From: Oopsacas minuta
Taxonomy: Eukaryota > Animalia > Porifera
Assembly (NCBI GenBank): GCA_024704765.1
Contig: JAKMXF010000336.1
Span: 198,599-262,598, forward strand
Direction: 5' to 3'
DNA length: 64,000 bases
Notes under the pieces: generated by a model
Databases searched by the model: none
What the model saw: the letters and a program-made list of their open reading frames with translations, nothing else
What the model was told of the DNA's origin: nothing
Position numbers and translations under genes: made by a program
In this document: one piece after another, positions 60,801 through 64,000 of the stretch
How positions within the stretch are numbered: position 1 is the first letter of the stretch
Layout of the letters: every line of letters begins with the position of its first letter

Positions 60801-61172
60801 AGATATCCTCGTTAATCCAGTATTTTGGCTAGATGTAGTTAGACGGATATTATCTCGATCTTCGTAATTGTAAATGCGTAAATATTGGATATTTGAGGCT
60901 AATTCTATATCAATGATTAGGTTCCCGTATACTGTTGATACGTAGTTTTTGTAGACATATATTGTAGAAAATACTGTACTCTGACCGCTACAGTAGCTTA
61001 ACAAACTCTTGATGACCTGAGTTTCATTATTAGTGATGTAGCACTGTAGATAGCTACTACCATAATTACAATACCCTGCTCCATTAGAGCAATCGACAGC
61101 TTCAACCACTCCATAATAATACAAATATGTCACCAAACCTAACAACAGGCATATATTACCGAACTTCCCCAT
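57801..61172 (-). CDS. Intronless LRR-EGF receptor, paralog C (1123 aa, 4 EGF modules, one extra LRR)
   Basis: Same architecture as A and B. The 24-aa LRR L(S/Q)LYLQNN..IIEDGTFNELSSL is duplicated. Confidence 0.93.
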   Translation of the reverse strand: MGKFGNICLLLGLVTYLYYYGVVEAVDCSNGAGYCNYGSSYLQCYITNNETQVIKSLLSYCSGQSTVFSTIYVYKNYVSTVYGNLIIDIELASNIQYLRIYNYEDRDNIRLTTSSQNTGLTRISVSSSYHIQLEAKNFFNYFTGLKYIYLGYCISKETPSFTNLQYLSSLSVRIVGASTRTFDNTIVRELSNLVYLNFYNSDFSSITKGALDGLNSLTYLSFANNKLSIIEDGTFNELSSLLSLYLQNNKLGIIEDGTFNELSSLLQLYLQNNGIKIISNNVFEGLTELTYLNLDENPGFPIEALINTRSLRYVLLQYNEYHTLDPYVFQQMKSPSSIYLYLSDPFICDCRLQWTSMVSQYGVYISNGYCSEPNVFFQKSITDPLLYANCSQTESYQCFDKLITCPSNQVCHNTQDSYLCGCPIGYLQHSSGECVDEDECDVVTECEHTCENTEGSYHCVCDEGYKLAANGYVCDDVNECKVGNGGCEFGCGNTIGSYQCYCEQGHQLYNETHCESDIQCDVVDSSGYQENRFTCQGGFNLTITNLTCHSITEPTTPSTEQPTSCPIGYSLHNSGECKDFDECDEVTNCTYACQNTEGSYSCICEEGYKLAINGYDCEEANECQEWNGGCEFGCRNTIGSYLCYCEYGHQLINQTHCESDIQCDVVDSSGHQENRFTCQGGFNLTITNLTCQSITKQTTPSTEQPTSCPIGYSLHNSGECKDFNECTEVTNCSYACQNTEGSYNCICEEGYKLAINGYDCEDANECQEWNGGCEFGCRNTIGSYLCYCEYGHQLINQTHCESDIQCDVIDSSNNEEYQFICDGGFNLTITNFTCQSTAITMPKTSTAQSTIPPTFCPIGYSLHNSGECKDFDECNEATDCAYACENTEGSYRCACDEGYTVAANGYACDDINECQEGNGGCEFGCQNIIGSYLCYCQDGHQLINKTHCESNIQCDVVDSSYHENRFICQGGFNITIQNFSCPNVDTLGNTTHQTSDPTSSFTPRAMSTQNQFEWYQPTVILMVISLVSNVFLIFMFIALFLYFVRKVNKLQGIPKAKDTNNHRIPTAGYSNEIYNSIHGSAQPDELKKTTAIESELIEKKDPNLIAEVYPGSVQDEAVRYQIN

Positions 61173-61655
61173 AACGAATACTGATCAAATGAAATTACCT
61201 GTTGTTCAGCAAATTTGAGCAATGAGTAGGAAAAGTAATGATTATTTGAATATTTGATTATTTGAATATTTGATAAGAAACTAACATTTATACTCATTGC
61301 CGGAGCTGATATCGATATCTTGTTATTGGCTGGCTGATTTGGATTATAGATGATGGAACATATCTATTTCTAGTGTAATTATATATCATATATATCTATA
61401 CTATTAAAACTCAATTCATCTGTGTATATGTCTAGAATTGTTAGAAGAGATTGGAAGACTCCCAGGGCTGATTTTTGGCATACAGGAGTATTGTGGGCAT
61501 GGCTTGGACTAGCTCGAGGATTGAACGAAAGTTCGCACCTATGACGAAATTATGATATTATCATATATAATCGAGTGTGGATTTCGCAAATATATGTATT
61601 ATGCATATACTTCCAAAACAAATCAATCAATAAATGTAAACATCATTACAATCTT

Positions 61656-61805
61656 TCATGTTTCTCCACCATTCTGTATTGGTACTGTTAAACAGGTTAT
61701 CCTAGCATTTGGGTTCCAGGTAGTACTCTTACAAATCAGACTGCTTCTTGTATTCGGAGTTTAGCAAATTTGACCAAAGTTATACTTGCAGTAATTGCAT
61801 GTCAT
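61656..61805 (-). pseudogene. RBR ligase C-terminal fragment
   Basis: Near-identical to 21680-21829. Confidence 0.85.
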
Positions 61806-62098
61806 GTATGCATGCGGGCTCCGTGGGAATGAAATTTCCATCTTATGCACACAGCATTCTCATAGTTATAGGATTCCTATCACAGTATTTCCTATTGCAA
61901 ACTGATAGGAAAATACTAAGTATTCTCCTACCCATTCCATACTTGCCAACCTGAGTGAAGGAAATTTTGTGACAGAAATATGTATTTTGTGGGACATCGT
62001 GAGATGCAGCATTTGCATTAGACTGGACTACAAAAAACGGGACAATTATGTGAAATTCTAATTTTAGAATATTTCAGATGTAATGATGCTTTCGGTAA

Positions 62099-62518
62099 AC
62101 AACCCTCAGGTAAATTGTCTTATCTGTACAAAGAATATGAGTAAACCCTATCTCTTCTGTTGGTATTGTCTCGGAGAGGGGAAAAGTTCCCTAACTGAAT
62201 ACAAAACTGTGGGAATTAAAACTGCAAGAAAGCTAAGATTATACAGCTAGAGTCTGCACCAAAGATTGATTTCAGAGATAATACAGGCAAAACAGTCAAA
62301 GTTCCTAGAATAATAGCCTGTCCTAAATGCACAACTGTAGTTGAACATAATGGCGGTTGCAACGAGATGACATGCGATCACTGCAAGTATAAATTTCTGG
62401 AAATTTGTTCTATTTGCTTAACTCCGACTAAAGAAGCAGTCTAATTTGTAAGAGTAATACCTGGAGCACAAATGCTACGATAACCTGTTTCCCACCACCA
62501 ATACACATCAACATATGA
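62099..62518 (+). pseudogene. RBR ligase IBR-RING2 fragment, frameshifted
   Basis: Homologous to 22123-22542. Retains [28 protein letters not shown]. Confidence 0.85.
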
Positions 62519-63129
62519 TATTTATTCTTCGATTTATTTGTTAAGGTTCAACTAGGCTTAAAATCTGTATTCTTTCCATTTATACATTGTTTTGGACTTT
62601 TGGCCAGTAATGTATTCTAGTTACTTACTACTTCTAAGCTATGTACGCTCACACGCTATGAATTATATACAAACTAATGTACCGAATAATGGAAAATAGC
62701 CATATATGTTTGTAGAAAGCCTAAAACGTAACCACAAATAACAATATAATCAAAGGCGCTAACTTATAATACTTTCGCCGTAACCCAGTTTGAGAACCAC
62801 TGATCTACATCGTATAAGAATACATGATGAGCTAGCTATAATATCGTATACATTTACGCTATAAATAGATAAATTCCACCAACCAACTCAAAGATATCAT
62901 ATTCAAACACGTGTTATACTCTAACATATACTATACTTTATGTATTTTCTAACATATACTCCCATCTATAAAGTGCTCTGCCAAGACATTCCTCAAATTT
63001 GCTGAATATTAGGTAAGTGAATTTGTGAATATTCAATCAGTATTTATTCTGAGGACAAATCGGTAGAGGCGGTGGATTGCAGCAATTTACTGTTATTATA
63101 ATAGTTTGTATCTTGAGTGTTTCCTTTAC

Positions 63130-63630
63130 AATAATGATACGGGATTGATTAGAATTCTGTTAAAGAATTGCAGTATCCTGAACACTGCGATAGACTACAT
63201 GATGTGTATAAACACTATTATCCACCAACATATGGCCATTTAATCATTGATATTGACTTACCTACAAGTATTCATACAATATTTGGTCAGAACGTTGGGT
63301 TAAATTGGTTAACCAGTTTTGCACATGTTGTATTCGAATCGCAAAACTTTTTCAACAACTTTCAAGTTCTCCAGCATATATACATGAGCAATCTTATTCT
63401 AAAATAGACACAATAGTTCACGAATCTAGAATATCTGAACATTTTCGAAAGTTTACATGATTTGACATCATTAGACATATCTGAGAGTCCAGAGTTTTCT
63501 ATTATAACACTGCTACATGCAAGATCTCTCGATATTCTATACTTACAATAGTTATAGAACGCTTCACTCGTGTATATTCCAACAAATGAATTCATTAAGA
63601 TATCTGTGTCCGGATAATCCATTTACTATG
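63130..63630 (+). pseudogene. Decayed, divergent LRR-EGF receptor paralog (N-cap/LRR part)
   Basis: Pieces in shifting frames: NDTGLIRILLKNCS, VYKHYYPPTYGHLIIDIDL, FESQNFFNNF, FTNLEYL, FESLHDLTSLDISESPEFSI, FQQMNSLRYLCPDNPF. These match NDTQVIKSLLSNCS, YKNYVSTVYGNLIIDIEL, LESGNFFNYF, FTNLQYL, FEGLTELTYLNLDENPGFPI, FQQMKS..DPF. Confidence 0.75.
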
Positions 63631-63784
63631 GAGTAATTCGATCCATCAATTTATCACAAATCCATAACTATATTCAAATTGCTTCATTCATGCAAATAAT
63701 ACGAATGATGAGAGTTTGCCATCTTTAGCTTCTATTGATATTGATATAGATCGTAAATTTGAACTCAGCGAACTATCAGGTATC

Positions 63785-64000
63785 ATGATGGGGAAGCTTA
63801 TAAGAGGCATATTCGTTATACTTCTAATTATTCTAGGTTGTGTGTGTATAATATCTGGTATTATTCCAAGTTCTCAATATTTGTCAGTAAATATACTAAT
63901 CAATACAAGTATGTTCAGTACTTGTAATAGTTTCGAATTTGATACAGGTAGCATTACTAATAGGAGAAGATGTATAAATTTGTATCTGTTGGCAGTTAGT
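63785..64000 (+). CDS. Open frame running off the window; hydrophobic N-terminus (signal peptide or TM)
   Basis: 72 codons without a stop: MMGKLIRGIFVILLIILGCVCIISGIIPSSQYLSVNILINTSMFSTCNSFEFDTGSITNRRRCINLYLLAVS. Confidence 0.4.
   Translation, partial: MMGKLIRGIFVILLIILGCVCIISGIIPSSQYLSVNILINTSMFSTCNSFEFDTGSITNRRRCINLYLLAVS

Larger units (their letters stand above)
57310..63095. repeat. Segmental duplication unit C (~5.8 kb), direct repeat of ~16935-23200
   Basis: Collinear homology with unit B, seen by eye. Boundaries are approximate. Confidence 0.85.

Noticed and set aside
1-64000. CRISPR array, rRNA or prokaryotic defence operon
   Set aside because: The sequence is spliceosomal-intron-containing animal DNA. 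The periodic repeats are coding EGF/LRR modules or microsatellites, not repeat-spacer arrays.

Overview
AT-rich eukaryotic (animal) genomic DNA with GT-AG spliceosomal introns. The gene content and style suggest an early-branching metazoan such as a sponge; this is inference and was not verified. The centre holds a 26-exon usherin (USH2A)-like gene (28004-53232) that I assembled by hand with consistent intron phases. It has an intronless Maf/CNC-type bZIP gene nested in intron 1 and breaks off mid-FN3 with no TM exon visible in the window. Both flanks carry a duplicated, immune-looking cluster. There are three intact intronless type-I LRR-EGF receptor genes (953, 1247 and 1123 aa) plus a decayed fourth. 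They differ mainly at the concave-face LRR positions and in the number of ~140-aa EGF modules (3, 5 and 4). Each receptor has RBR E3 ubiquitin ligase sequence upstream. One ligase copy is intact and has a ubiquitin-like exon that the ORF track missed, two are broken into inverted fragment pairs, and one is a 5'-incomplete inverted copy. Also present are a two-exon DED+Death-domain (FADD-like) adaptor, an orphan 7TM family (two intact, one with a 1-bp frameshift, one truncated), many hAT-type and pogo-type MITEs, and a long compound microsatellite. No rRNA, convincing tRNA or CRISPR array was seen. No database searches were run, so family names rest on motif recognition.
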